Shown: piece after piece, positions 17,847 through 28,037 of the stretch | Numbering within the stretch: position 1 is the first letter of the stretch | Layout: each line of letters opens with the position of its first letter | DNA from: a virus | Taxonomy: Duplodnaviria; Heunggongvirae; Uroviricota; Caudoviricetes | Virus record (IMG/VR): IMGVR_UViG_2913167280_000010 | Location: 1 to 49,852 of that record | Strand: one strand, 5' to 3' | DNA: 49,852 bases | Notes under the pieces: generated by a model | Databases searched by the model: none | Seen by the model: only the letters and a program-made list of their open reading frames with translations | What the model was told of the DNA's origin: nothing | Made by a program: the position numbers and the translations under genes

Positions 17847-19184
17847 TCACGAAAGCTGCATTGTCACATTGATGTTAAAAACGATTTCGACAAATCCACG
17901 CATCGGCGTATAGGTGGCCGACAGGCCTGCATAACGCCCGATACCGTAATCATTCGGATTGGTGTTGATATACTGGTGGAAAGGCACTGCATCGACGACA
18001 GGCTGGCCGTTGACCAGGCCGTAAGATACGCCCGTATTGAACACCGCCTGCGCGACCTGCTGCAGACGGTCGATCCCGTCCTGGTTGTAGTAAAGCGGGT
18101 TAATTGGGTTATTGCTGCCGTTGATCACCGTGTTGGCGAGCTGCATATCGACATTAATCTGCACCCAGTCCACGGAATACCAGTACGTCATATCGTTACC
18201 GTCACTGGTAACGCCTTTCACCAGAATCGTGTTGGAAATTCCACCCTCAGCCCCCGTGTCGACATAGTTAATATTCTGCTTCGTCATCGTGGCCAGAATG
18301 GAATTTTTGCCCTTGTGGGCGTTTACCGCCTGTAGATAGCGAAATGCCATCGGCGGCACCTTGTTGATTTCTGAAGGTGATGCGGAAACATAGTTCCACA
18401 TTACGGCTGCTGCCGCGTTTGTCGCCGGGTACGTATCATCCGCCGTTGCAATAACCGACTTAATACCGGCATAAGGCGAAACGTAATTCGTGTCGTCCGG
18501 CGTTTTCGTCAGCACGAAGAAATACTGCATCGCTTCGTTGGCGGTGTGGAGTTTTGCCAGACTGATAAACCCTGCGTCACCATCCCACGACTGCGGCACC
18601 AGATACGCGTAAAAACGCAGGAGCGGATCTTCCATATAAGCTTTCAGTGCAGCGATTTCCTTACTGATTCCGCCTTTCTGTACTCCCAGTTCCAGCAGGT
18701 AAATCCCTACTGAATTTCCCTGGGCAAAAAACGTGTTTACTGCCGTCACCAGATTTTCACTGTCAGCAATAGAAAACTGCCCCAGCGTCACTGGAGAACC
18801 GGAAAGCTGAGAATCAGCAATCGTCCAGGTCAGTGTTTTTTCATCCGTGACAGTAGCAGTATATTCGCCATTCCACGCGTCGGGCGAACACCCGGAAACA
18901 ACAATTTTCACCTCAGAACTGTTTTCGCGTCGGATGTTGCTCCCTTCCGGAAGCGTCATCGTAACGGTGACGTTTGCCGCAGATTTTCCTGCGGCAGCCG
19001 CCGACAACGCAGCAATCGGATTTTTAACCAGATCGTTAATATCCTGATTGCTGGTGAGTAATACAGGCTTCCCCGGCTCATGAGTCGTGGAACCAAACGA
19101 GAGAACCGCAGACATCTGCTGCAAATTCGAGGGGATAGCCCCGATGGTCTGGGACACATTCACCGTGACGATATTAAATCCCAT
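17847..19184 (-). CDS. Tail sheath-like protein (445 aa)
   Basis: Large structural ORF directly upstream of the tube gene; sheath-tube-chaperone-tape measure order. Confidence 0.45.
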   Translation of the reverse strand: MGFNIVTVNVSQTIGAIPSNLQQMSAVLSFGSTTHEPGKPVLLTSNQDINDLVKNPIAALSAAAAGKSAANVTVTMTLPEGSNIRRENSSEVKIVVSGCSPDAWNGEYTATVTDEKTLTWTIADSQLSGSPVTLGQFSIADSENLVTAVNTFFAQGNSVGIYLLELGVQKGGISKEIAALKAYMEDPLLRFYAYLVPQSWDGDAGFISLAKLHTANEAMQYFFVLTKTPDDTNYVSPYAGIKSVIATADDTYPATNAAAAVMWNYVSASPSEINKVPPMAFRYLQAVNAHKGKNSILATMTKQNINYVDTGAEGGISNTILVKGVTSDGNDMTYWYSVDWVQINVDMQLANTVINGSNNPINPLYYNQDGIDRLQQVAQAVFNTGVSYGLVNGQPVVDAVPFHQYINTNPNDYGIGRYAGLSATYTPMRGFVEIVFNINVTMQLS

Positions 19185-20128
19185 TATTTAACCTCATATT
19201 TACAAATGACTTTTTCAATCAACTGCCGGGATATTTCCCGGGTGGTGCTCTGGTAGTAATTCACGTCAAAATCGACAATCTTTTTCTTCGCCAGAGCGTT
19301 GATTTCAACCTGTCCCGACTTTGCGTCCTGAACCACCGGAATATTGGTTACACCAAACTTTTCCTCCTCCAGCGCCCTGTTCACCACCGAGTCGACAAGA
19401 TCCAGCGCCATTTTGTTGCTGAATCCGTAAAGCGTCAGGCGAACCGAATCCTGGACGAGATGAAACCGCTCACCACCGAAAATAACGGGAGCCACCTGCA
19501 AAGGAATACTGTTGCGAACATCCACCGCGATATACGGAGGACGAAGGTTCTGCGGTACCAGGTAAGACGGATACACGGTCGCGGCATCTTTCATTTGCAG
19601 CCAGATCGGGATGCTGTTGGAGATGATCTGCTCGTCGCTGATATCCTCCTCGCAGTCGATAATCTGAGAGCGCATGGTTGGTAAAATCGCCATACCGCGA
19701 TAATGAAAAATACCCGACTGCTGATAACGGCTCTCCATTCGTGAAAAAGCGAACTGGACGCCGCCGTACTCACCGAGATAGATCGCATCGGGATTTTCTA
19801 CATTAAAATCATCAACCTGCTGGACAGGCGTGAAAATAATGTTGTTCACATCCTTCGAGACAGACTCGTCCTGAATCGCAATAACCTGACGATGCAGGCT
19901 GCCTTTGATTTTCAGACGGGTTGGTGACTCAATATTCAGGCGACACAGTTCATCGCAACTGATGATTTCCGCATTAACCCAATAGACAAAGCCATCCAGC
20001 GGCAGAACCTGCCGGACATAGAGCCTGAACGTGATTTCCTGGTCTGACGAGATGGTTTCAACTGCGGATTTAAGAACGGATGAGAGCTGCGAACTGTGCT
20101 GTTCGGCTAATTCCTCAAGACTCGGCAT
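19184..20128 (-). CDS. Phage structural protein (314 aa; head-tail joining region)
   Basis: Coupled ORF between capsid-side and sheath genes. Confidence 0.4.
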   Translation of the reverse strand: MPSLEELAEQHSSQLSSVLKSAVETISSDQEITFRLYVRQVLPLDGFVYWVNAEIISCDELCRLNIESPTRLKIKGSLHRQVIAIQDESVSKDVNNIIFTPVQQVDDFNVENPDAIYLGEYGGVQFAFSRMESRYQQSGIFHYRGMAILPTMRSQIIDCEEDISDEQIISNSIPIWLQMKDAATVYPSYLVPQNLRPPYIAVDVRNSIPLQVAPVIFGGERFHLVQDSVRLTLYGFSNKMALDLVDSVVNRALEEEKFGVTNIPVVQDAKSGQVEINALAKKKIVDFDVNYYQSTTREISRQLIEKVICKYEVK

Positions 20129-20570
20129 TGTTATCTATCCACGCTATAAAGCTGCCCTTAAACAGGCCGCCGTCTATGAATGACGGACGCCGCTCACCGG
20201 TATATTTGTCCTTAAGCCTGGAGTTAACGCCCAGTAGCGCGGCCTGAGTTGGCACAGGGTTTCCGTTAATCGTCATCCCGGCCATTTCTTCAGTTTCAAG
20301 AAAAATATGGAAAATCTTCTCAGTCCCTTCCAGAAAATGCTCGCCTGGTAGCGGAGCCTTATGCTTAAGGTGATTGACCAACTGGTACGCCAGTTCAGTA
20401 CCTGCCTCCTGGATAATCTCGTCCTTATGCATTTCCCAGAAGTGCGTAAAAATTTCGTAGCGCTCCTCGAGGTCACAGGCCACGTCGAACGTGGTTTTTC
20501 CCGGTTCGTCGCCGTAGTCATACGGCTGGTCAACAACACCAAAACAAAGTTTCATGGCGTGTACCCCCAT
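20115..20570 (-). CDS. Phage structural protein (151 aa)
   Basis: Coupled ORF in the head-tail connector region. Confidence 0.4.
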   Translation of the reverse strand: MGVHAMKLCFGVVDQPYDYGDEPGKTTFDVACDLEERYEIFTHFWEMHKDEIIQEAGTELAYQLVNHLKHKAPLPGEHFLEGTEKIFHIFLETEEMAGMTINGNPVPTQAALLGVNSRLKDKYTGERRPSFIDGGLFKGSFIAWIDNNAES

Positions 20571-20992
20571 ACCGTGCCCATCTGCATCAGCACCGCAACA
20601 ACCTGTCGCCCATACGGATCCTGTAACATCTGCAAATCCAGCAAAGACAGATTACTCAGCGCGTCGCTGATGGTGATCGAACCCGATGTTCCCTGGTCTG
20701 CTGCCGCGCTGACAAGCCCGGTAGCCAGTTTCCCAAGGTTGAGTTTTTTTCTCAGGTCGGCAAACCACGATCCGGGGGCGAAATTCAGGAGAAATGAGGC
20801 GGCAGCGTTATAAACCGTTCGCACATAGATGATGGGTAAACGCTCCAGCCCCTGATCGTGAGGGATTAGCTCCATCGCAGACTGAAAGCAACATTCCAGC
20901 GTCGGATCATCGTCAGCAATGGCGTGAACCGGTACTTTCATGTCGTCACGAACAAAGCGAATAAATCCCTCCAGTGACGGACGCAGGGTCAT
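20552..20992 (-). CDS. Phage structural protein (146 aa)
   Basis: Coupled ORF in the head-tail connector region. Confidence 0.4.
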   Translation of the reverse strand: MTLRPSLEGFIRFVRDDMKVPVHAIADDDPTLECCFQSAMELIPHDQGLERLPIIYVRTVYNAAASFLLNFAPGSWFADLRKKLNLGKLATGLVSAAADQGTSGSITISDALSNLSLLDLQMLQDPYGRQVVAVLMQMGTVWGYTP

Positions 20993-21477
20993 TATTTTTT
21001 AACCTTAATATTTCGCTTTGTGCTGGGCGGATTTTCCTGTTCGGTGTTGATCGCTTCCCCGGTGATTTCCATCTCAATACCGCCTGGTTGAGGTTTTTCG
21101 CCGCTCTGAATCACCGCCTGATCCACTGCGTTATTCAGCGATACGGCGCTGGCCGCGAGAATTTCCTCTGACATGGATTCCAGATTTTCCGTTTTCTGCT
21201 CCGCGCAATCCTCAATACGACCGACGCTCACAGGTTTATCGATGGAATAGCAGATACCGGAAAAATTCTTGTCCACCTTGTCACAACGCTGGAATCCGTA
21301 AGGCTCATGCTGTCGGATGATGTGGTCGATAATATCGGACTGATTTTCGATCATATGCTGACGTCCGGACGGAATTGTCACACCGAACGACTGCGTTTTT
21401 TCGGGGAGTTTGTAGTTGAACGTGTGCGGCTGACGTGAGCAGTTAGCGATGTAGAGCTTCATAAATTTTTCCCACAA
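20992..21477 (-). CDS. Phage structural protein (about 156-161 aa; start uncertain, TTG at 21477 or ATG at 21462)
   Basis: ORF following the major capsid gene. Confidence 0.35.
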   Translation of the reverse strand: MWEKFMKLYIANCSRQPHTFNYKLPEKTQSFGVTIPSGRQHMIENQSDIIDHIIRQHEPYGFQRCDKVDKNFSGICYSIDKPVSVGRIEDCAEQKTENLESMSEEILAASAVSLNNAVDQAVIQSGEKPQPGGIEMEITGEAINTEQENPPSTKRNIKVKK

Positions 21478-21519
21478 AAAAGGGGAGCATTTAGCTCCCC
21501 GCGTTATCAGGTTGAACGT

Positions 21520-22548
21520 TTATGCGTATTTGGCAGACAACAGGGTGATCCCCTCCGGGCGGAAGTTCCAGCCCGGCGTCGCGCGCATGGTATACAACGT
21601 GGTCAGGCCGCCATCCGGCATAGGGGACGGGATTTCCGTCGGCGCTGCCATGTCGCAGAACATCACGTTGACGGCCTGCTGGTTCGGTACCAGCGTGGAG
21701 AAAATATTGGTGTTAATGGCGTGACGCGCTTCCGGCACCTCAATCGTCGGGTTCGTAACGATGATCAGGTCATTACCACCAGCGCCCTTACCGATCAGCG
21801 TGTCGTCCTGGCAGAAAATGATGTCATCGCCTGTTGCCTTATCGGCGACGTCTTTAACCACCGTTCCCACCGTTCCGGTACCACCACCAGGACGCTGGTA
21901 ACTGGTCAGCTCAACAATTCCTGTCCACTCCAACGCCTTCATGAATCGCTGCGGACTCAGAATGACAGTCGTTAATGGCTGCCCCAGCAGCAACATGCGG
22001 GTTTTCTGGTCAGCAATCAGGCCAAGCATAAATTTAGCCATCTCGCCGGAATCCCAGGTGGTGTAAGAATCATTGCCTTTGCTGTCGTTGCCCAGATTCA
22101 GCGTCACTGCGTTCGGTGAGTTTGTGATCCCCTCGTTATTAGCTGCATTCACACCATACAGCAGCATATTACGCAGCATTTGAGCGTGTCCCTGGCGGTT
22201 AGCCAGGCGCAGGCCTTCAATCAGAGAATAGCCCCAGCGATCTGCTGCATCAGTATCGAGATAGCTGTATTGCGAGCGGGAAGAAATTCGGTAAGTCATC
22301 ATCCCGTCATAGCCGCCAGAAATACTGGAAGACGGCAACTGGCCCGGCAGAGACTGGCTGACCTGCGCCTGCGAGGTCATACGCAAATATTTCTGATAGA
22401 CCATCAAATCACTGGAACTGATTTTTACCGCTGGAGCACCGCCAGCCAGGACTTCAAACGCACCGGAAGCCATGCTCTGTTGCACGATCATTTCCGGCAG
22501 CACCATTGACGGCGACACAATAGTAGTCGCGGGAGTAAATGCGCTCAT
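21520..22548 (-). CDS. Major capsid protein (candidate)
   Basis: 342 aa; position after scaffold/decoration-like genes and before connector genes. Confidence 0.5.
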   Translation of the reverse strand: MSAFTPATTIVSPSMVLPEMIVQQSMASGAFEVLAGGAPAVKISSSDLMVYQKYLRMTSQAQVSQSLPGQLPSSSISGGYDGMMTYRISSRSQYSYLDTDAADRWGYSLIEGLRLANRQGHAQMLRNMLLYGVNAANNEGITNSPNAVTLNLGNDSKGNDSYTTWDSGEMAKFMLGLIADQKTRMLLLGQPLTTVILSPQRFMKALEWTGIVELTSYQRPGGGTGTVGTVVKDVADKATGDDIIFCQDDTLIGKGAGGNDLIIVTNPTIEVPEARHAINTNIFSTLVPNQQAVNVMFCDMAAPTEIPSPMPDGGLTTLYTMRATPGWNFRPEGITLLSAKYA

Positions 22549-22562
22549 TAATTAATATCCCC

Positions 22563-23180
22563 TTAAATTAAAAACAGGCCGCACGGCTTACCGATTTCCC
22601 AGACAACGTTACCGCCGTCCTCTTTTTTCACCGTCAGGTTTCCGTCAACTGAAACCATCAACAACTTAATATCCACTTTCGGATTAGCTCCAGGTGATCC
22701 CGAATAAACATCAACCATGTTTTTCGCCAGATCCCACACAAAACCACTGGCAGCAACGGTGTTATTGCCATCAGCCAGCGCAACAACTTCTGCACTGACA
22801 GGGAGAGGAATGCGGGCACCTGAACCAACGCGGTAATAGTGAATAAAGCCACCCGCGAGATATAACGGCACCGGATTATCCGGCGTGGTAATGCCATGAA
22901 ATGCCTGATTAAAGACAGTAAAGGCGTTACAGGCGTCCTTCGTGGCTTGTTTAATTACCGCGCCGTTAACGCTGTCTTTCGCGGGAGCAATGCACTCCAT
23001 AACTCCAACGCCACCCCATACCGGTTCAGTGATTTTGCTGTCCAGTCGACCGGAGCAAAGTTGCAGACGAATTGCCGGATCATCCTGCGCATCCCCCTGC
23101 ATCAGCCCACGGGATTCGACGTTAAAAAGGCCACCAAATGCTCCACGGTTTTTAAACGGATGAAAGTTAATATCAGCCAT
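22563..23180 (-). CDS. Head protein (205 aa; decoration/accessory candidate)
   Basis: ORF between the scaffold-like and capsid genes. Confidence 0.4.
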   Translation of the reverse strand: MADINFHPFKNRGAFGGLFNVESRGLMQGDAQDDPAIRLQLCSGRLDSKITEPVWGGVGVMECIAPAKDSVNGAVIKQATKDACNAFTVFNQAFHGITTPDNPVPLYLAGGFIHYYRVGSGARIPLPVSAEVVALADGNNTVAASGFVWDLAKNMVDVYSGSPGANPKVDIKLLMVSVDGNLTVKKEDGGNVVWEIGKPCGLFLI

Positions 23181-24495
23181 TGTTCAGGCTCCCTTGAGTG
23201 TTAATTTTTGCCAGACGACGCCCCGGAATTTTGAAAGCACTCAGCCAGACGTTCGGATCGCCCTGATATTCAGTAATGCGACGTCCGGCTTCATCGTTGC
23301 GGATACGTTTATGCAGTTGCCCCTGCGTACTCATCATTTCTTTTTCGATGGACTGACGGGCGGCACTGAAAATTGCGTCCTCAAGCACAGCCAGCGTTGC
23401 AGAATCCGCAATCGCGCGAATATTGACGTCCTTATGTGCCGGAGAGTGTTTCTGCATAGCGATTAGCGCACGCTTGCGGTAGTCCAGCGCATTTTCACCA
23501 GAAAACGGTGCTGGCGCGTTTTTACCGCAGGCACTGAATGCGGAGTCGGCTTTTGCCTGTGCTTCTGCCAGGGCAGAGTCATTGCGTTCTTTTTCTGCCT
23601 CCTCGTCAGCCTTACGCTGTTCTTCCGCTTCGGAATCAGCCTTTGCTTTCTCCTCAGCGTCTTTAGCTGCCGCCTCGTCAGCTTTGGCTTTTTCTTCCGC
23701 CTCCTTTGCCGCAGCTTCATCAGCTTTACGCTGTTTCTCTGCTGCTTCATCGGCTTTGGCCTTTTCTTCGGCCTCTTTTTTCGCCTGAGCTTCGGCGTCC
23801 GCCCGCGCTTTGTCCCGCTGTTCCAGTGAGTCCATGCGCGTAACGACACCATCGATTTTCTGATTAATGCCTTGCAGGGCATCGCTCACAACCCCCTGTA
23901 ACAGGGCCTGGAGTTCTTCTTTTTCCATCTCGATTTCACCTGTGTTTGTCACTTCAACCCCTGCGGGGATCCGGTCTTTATCCCACACGCCCAGCGAGCC
24001 GTGGTCTTTCGTCACCAGGGCGATGTGATCAACAAGGAAAGGAACGCCTTCGATTAAAAAATTGGTGTCACCTTCCTGTACTTCCACATTTCCTGATGTG
24101 CCGTTGAACACCACCGACGGGCTTGTCGAAACATCCCCCTCAGCGATTTCTTCAACAATGCTCTGGAGGTAAACGCGGCACACCGCCCATACCTCATCAC
24201 CCCGGATATACGGCAGCATGACGCTACCGACGATCCGCGATTTAAAATCCTCCTCCGTCAGAACTGCGTCGTCAGGATGGTTTGCGATAACCGGAAGGCC
24301 ATTGCATCGCCTTAAAAACTCCTCGTTCAGATAGAGCTTTGGATCACGCCAGACGTGCTCTTTCAGTCCGGCGCGATAGGCAAGCCCGGTTCCGGTTATT
24401 CGCAAATTCACCAGCCACATGTTGGAGAATTTCACCGGAGACGGTACGGTTCCGTCCCTGATGCGTTCTGCCACTTCAAGCTCGGTTAAACTCAC
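23173..24495 (-). CDS. Head scaffold/maturation protein with internal EEKAKADEAA tandem repeats
   Basis: 440 aa; GTG start with GGAGAAGGG RBS; central coiled region with about 11-aa repeats; position after the portal and morphogenesis genes. Confidence 0.45.
   Translation of the reverse strand: MSLTELEVAERIRDGTVPSPVKFSNMWLVNLRITGTGLAYRAGLKEHVWRDPKLYLNEEFLRRCNGLPVIANHPDDAVLTEEDFKSRIVGSVMLPYIRGDEVWAVCRVYLQSIVEEIAEGDVSTSPSVVFNGTSGNVEVQEGDTNFLIEGVPFLVDHIALVTKDHGSLGVWDKDRIPAGVEVTNTGEIEMEKEELQALLQGVVSDALQGINQKIDGVVTRMDSLEQRDKARADAEAQAKKEAEEKAKADEAAEKQRKADEAAAKEAEEKAKADEAAAKDAEEKAKADSEAEEQRKADEEAEKERNDSALAEAQAKADSAFSACGKNAPAPFSGENALDYRKRALIAMQKHSPAHKDVNIRAIADSATLAVLEDAIFSAARQSIEKEMMSTQGQLHKRIRNDEAGRRITEYQGDPNVWLSAFKIPGRRLAKINTQGSLNNG
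23580..23800. repeat. Imperfect tandem repeats (about 33 bp) inside the scaffold-like gene
   Basis: Repeated GCTTTGGCTTTTTCTTCCGCCTC-like units encoding EEKAKADEAA(A/E)K repeats. Confidence 0.6.
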
Positions 24496-25309
24496 GTTTG
24501 CCCTTCTCCGTTAAAAATTCGTCGGGTAGATTCTGAGGGGCGTAGATCGGCAGTGCATCGCAACTGCAATAAACCTCCTCCCCGGCAGCAGTGATTTCGT
24601 CATAAAAACCATATACGGGCTTAATCAGTCCCTGCTCCAGCGCCCACGAATCGCGGAGGAGATAAATTTTCTCGTCGCGCTCTTTGTGGTCCTGCCGGTA
24701 TTTGTAGCCCGGACGCCGCCAGTTCGAATGCCAGCGCAGAGCAATCGCACCACTCTGAACAGCCAGCAGATACTTAACGTTGCTTGCCAGCTTATGCCCC
24801 TGGTCAATTGCCACCCGGCGACTGATAAAATCCATATCCTTCACGGACTTCTGAAAACCGGACTTCACTTCCCGGCGATCAATTTCGCTCACCCCGTCAG
24901 GCGGAATGGACGTAACCCACCCCTGAAAACGCTGTATGGTTTTCTCGATGGCCTGTTCTCGGTTGAGTTTTATCAGGTTGGCACTGGCGAAAATTCGCCT
25001 GTCGAGTTCCTTGCGAAACTCAGGTTTCAGTTTTTCAACAGTGATTTTTTTAGGGCCGTCAGGAGGCTGATCCCGTAATGCCCCGCCGTCGATGACAAGA
25101 CGGCTGTAGATAGCGGTGAGGTGTTTTCTGGCTACGGTATCATCAGGGGTTTCTCGCTGAGCGGCTACACGGAGTTTCCGGCACCATTCGAGCAATGATT
25201 TTTCGCTATCCCACCCGTGATTTACGTAGTAGTTAACGGCATCCGTCAGAACCTCATACAGCGTCCTGAGCCGTTTCTTCTTCCTCACCGCCCGGCTGGA
25301 AATTGCCAT
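24476..25309 (-). CDS. Head morphogenesis/minor head protein (about 277 aa)
   Basis: Track ORF 24476..25447 trimmed to the ATG at 25309 with AGGAGA RBS; follows the portal gene. Confidence 0.4.
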   Translation of the reverse strand: MAISSRAVRKKKRLRTLYEVLTDAVNYYVNHGWDSEKSLLEWCRKLRVAAQRETPDDTVARKHLTAIYSRLVIDGGALRDQPPDGPKKITVEKLKPEFRKELDRRIFASANLIKLNREQAIEKTIQRFQGWVTSIPPDGVSEIDRREVKSGFQKSVKDMDFISRRVAIDQGHKLASNVKYLLAVQSGAIALRWHSNWRRPGYKYRQDHKERDEKIYLLRDSWALEQGLIKPVYGFYDEITAAGEEVYCSCDALPIYAPQNLPDEFLTEKGKREFNRA

Positions 25310-26690
25310 CAGGCGTCTCCTGCTTCGGTGGTTCATAATTCGCCAGCGCGTCCACATCAATGATGAGTGGAGCTTCGCCATAGGTTTGCGTGGCATTAAC
25401 AAGGCTTGCCAGCCATTCAGCGAGGGCGGCGCGGTTTTCAGGATCAACCTGTGGCGACACAGCAGAGAAAAGTGCTATCGCCTGTTGAATCACTTTACTG
25501 TCGCTTTCCCGGCGTTTGTCCGGCGACTCCTCAACCAGTTCCTGCCACGTCGCGGTAAATTCACGTCGCCACTGGTAAAACGTGGTTTTATAGTCGTCGG
25601 TTATGATGTCCGGGTAATCATTTTTCAGCGACTGATAAAATTCCTCGTTCCAGGCGATGTACTGCACCAGGCGTTCGAAATAATCCATCACAGGTTCAAT
25701 CTGCTGGCGTACACCATCGATATACTGGCTGATAGCTTTCGAGTCCTCCTTACCTTCACCGAATCCGTTACTGAACGCTTCTTCCTTGATAATAATGGCC
25801 GGAACGTCACTCCCGGCGGCAATATCAGCAATGATGTTGTCGCGGGATGTATTCAGCGCCCCGTCGATGTTTTGCAGGTTCAGTGAACTTACGTCTTCGT
25901 CTTTTCCAATACTCAACACGCCTTTATTTTTGGCGGCTTTCACGTTTTCCCTTTTACGCCCCGTGGCAGCAGCCATGATCCCGTCAATTTTCGAACCGTT
26001 CTGCACAACTTTAGCCACCAGTACGCCTGCCTTCTGGCTGACGAGATCATTCGCCTCCATCGTATTGATATAGGATTTCAGGGAATAAAGAACTCGCTGA
26101 AACACGCTTCGCCCGGTGAATCCGAACGATGAACTCTGAAACTCCAGATAAATCGGTGTGCCGTTGAAGATTTTCAGTGTGCGTGACGGATGCCAGTCTT
26201 TTCCGCCAATCTTCAGTTTTTTATTGGCTTCCTGGAAAAACGGGCTGTTGGGGTTCTGGTCAGTCACCATCGAACCGGAAGCGTTCAACGGGTCCCACGC
26301 GTTGATATACACGTCATCTTCTGTCAGTCCGAACGTCGGAAGCGGCTCACGACATGAAACACTGTCGGTGCCCACGCCGATCGCTGCGGCACCGTAGCAA
26401 CGAGACAGAAAAAACAGATTTTTAATCTTCTCGTTAACCTTCATACGTTCCCATACCTCCTGGAAACGCCGCACAACCCGCTCGTCAGGGTCTGTCTCCA
26501 CGTTGTACTGGCGCGGCTTACACATCGCCATCAGTATGGGTTTTTCGACAAGTTTCCCGCCCAACGGGTGGTACTGCCACAGCAGCTTACACAATTCATA
26601 GCCGATATCGGTTCCCGGCTGAATTTCTTCAGCCTCAAGAATACGCATCAGTGCCGAACCGAGGCCGCCAGTAATCTCGATCTCTGCCAT
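25254..26690 (-). CDS. Portal protein (candidate)
   Basis: About 478 aa, directly downstream of terL; acidic C-terminus. Confidence 0.55.
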   Translation of the reverse strand: MAEIEITGGLGSALMRILEAEEIQPGTDIGYELCKLLWQYHPLGGKLVEKPILMAMCKPRQYNVETDPDERVVRRFQEVWERMKVNEKIKNLFFLSRCYGAAAIGVGTDSVSCREPLPTFGLTEDDVYINAWDPLNASGSMVTDQNPNSPFFQEANKKLKIGGKDWHPSRTLKIFNGTPIYLEFQSSSFGFTGRSVFQRVLYSLKSYINTMEANDLVSQKAGVLVAKVVQNGSKIDGIMAAATGRKRENVKAAKNKGVLSIGKDEDVSSLNLQNIDGALNTSRDNIIADIAAGSDVPAIIIKEEAFSNGFGEGKEDSKAISQYIDGVRQQIEPVMDYFERLVQYIAWNEEFYQSLKNDYPDIITDDYKTTFYQWRREFTATWQELVEESPDKRRESDSKVIQQAIALFSAVSPQVDPENRAALAEWLASLVNATQTYGEAPLIIDVDALANYEPPKQETPDGNFQPGGEEEETAQDAV

Positions 26691-26708
26691 CAAAAATATC
26701 CTGATTTT

Positions 26709-28037
26709 TTACAACGCCGCGTAATTACCGTGCGCGATGATCAACCCATAGGTGTAACAATCGAAAAGGTCATCAGCACGTTTATGCGCATCTTTGTCTG
26801 CCAGGTGGAACCCGGCGATTTGTTTTATGAGGTGGTTTGCGGTGGTGCGTTTGAATGAAACGGTCTTGTCGTAAGCCTCCCGGACGATTTTGCACATCCC
26901 CTGATAGTGGTAGCTGGATGCCATCACCGCCCGTTCGTCTTTGCCCTTGCTGGTTAGTGCCGATTTAATCGGCGTCATATCCCAGCCTTCGGTTTCCGCC
27001 TTCTGGTTGAGAATTGCCCCCATCGCGGCGTCTTCCATAAAAATTCCCTGGCTGCCCAGACGCGGACGGCATAATTTCGCGAGGCGCTCGAGGTTGTCAT
27101 AAACGCCGGGGATATATTCAGGAAGCAATGACGCTTTAATTTGCGTCACATCCCAGTCAATAATCGTCAGTTTTGGCTCGTCCGAATACGTTGACTCATA
27201 AGCGAAATACACCACGCCAGTACCATCATTTTCGGTCCCGCCTTTCAGCGCCGTATCCATCACTGCGAAAATCATGTCGCAGTGCGGCGGCATCTCAATC
27301 GGCTGACCGTCCACCAGCAGCTTATCGACATCGAGTAACGCATCTTTGGACCAGTCCACGAACTCGGCAAGATATTCCTGCTGCCAGACACGCGGATCGG
27401 ATTTCTTCTCCGTTTCCTCCAGTTCTTCTTTCGGAATATACGGATTCGATGAAGTTGGCGCATGGTGCATGACAAATCCCAGGGATTCATCGTGGCATAT
27501 CGCGTAGAAAAAATTGCTCTCGTCGATACCGTTTGGTGTGGAAAATACCCACGCACAGCCGCGGTAATCGACAAGCGTCGGGCGTATCGCTCGGGGCCAG
27601 ATTTCCTCGAGCATTTCCGGCGATTTAGTGAATGCGGCCTCATCAATCAGCACAGCGTGATATTTACGCCCACGCCCGGCCAGTTTGTTATTGTCCGTTA
27701 CCCAAAAGTCGATGCGCCCCCCATTACGGAGAATGATGCGCTTTTCATTTTTTGACTGACTGAGGATCAGCGGTTGCAGAACGGCGCTAATTTCATCCCA
27801 GATTTCCTGGTACTGGCGGTATTGCGCGGTAAAAATCCCCACCCTACCCGCGATAAGTTGCCCGGTGGTAGGAACGGCAAATTTCCGCGTAGCGAAACTG
27901 GTAGCGATGTTCACCAGCATCACCGTTTTACCCCAGCGACGACCACAGCATACCGCGTGGAAGCGTTCCTCTATTGCCGCCGTCCATGCAGCTATTTGCC
28001 CCTCATGAGGTTTTGGGAGGTAGATTTCAATCGACAT
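26709..28037 (-). CDS. Terminase large subunit
   Basis: 442 aa; Walker A-like CCGRRWGKT near the N-terminus; overlaps the terS stop. Confidence 0.8.
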   Translation of the reverse strand: MSIEIYLPKPHEGQIAAWTAAIEERFHAVCCGRRWGKTVMLVNIATSFATRKFAVPTTGQLIAGRVGIFTAQYRQYQEIWDEISAVLQPLILSQSKNEKRIILRNGGRIDFWVTDNNKLAGRGRKYHAVLIDEAAFTKSPEMLEEIWPRAIRPTLVDYRGCAWVFSTPNGIDESNFFYAICHDESLGFVMHHAPTSSNPYIPKEELEETEKKSDPRVWQQEYLAEFVDWSKDALLDVDKLLVDGQPIEMPPHCDMIFAVMDTALKGGTENDGTGVVYFAYESTYSDEPKLTIIDWDVTQIKASLLPEYIPGVYDNLERLAKLCRPRLGSQGIFMEDAAMGAILNQKAETEGWDMTPIKSALTSKGKDERAVMASSYHYQGMCKIVREAYDKTVSFKRTTANHLIKQIAGFHLADKDAHKRADDLFDCYTYGLIIAHGNYAAL

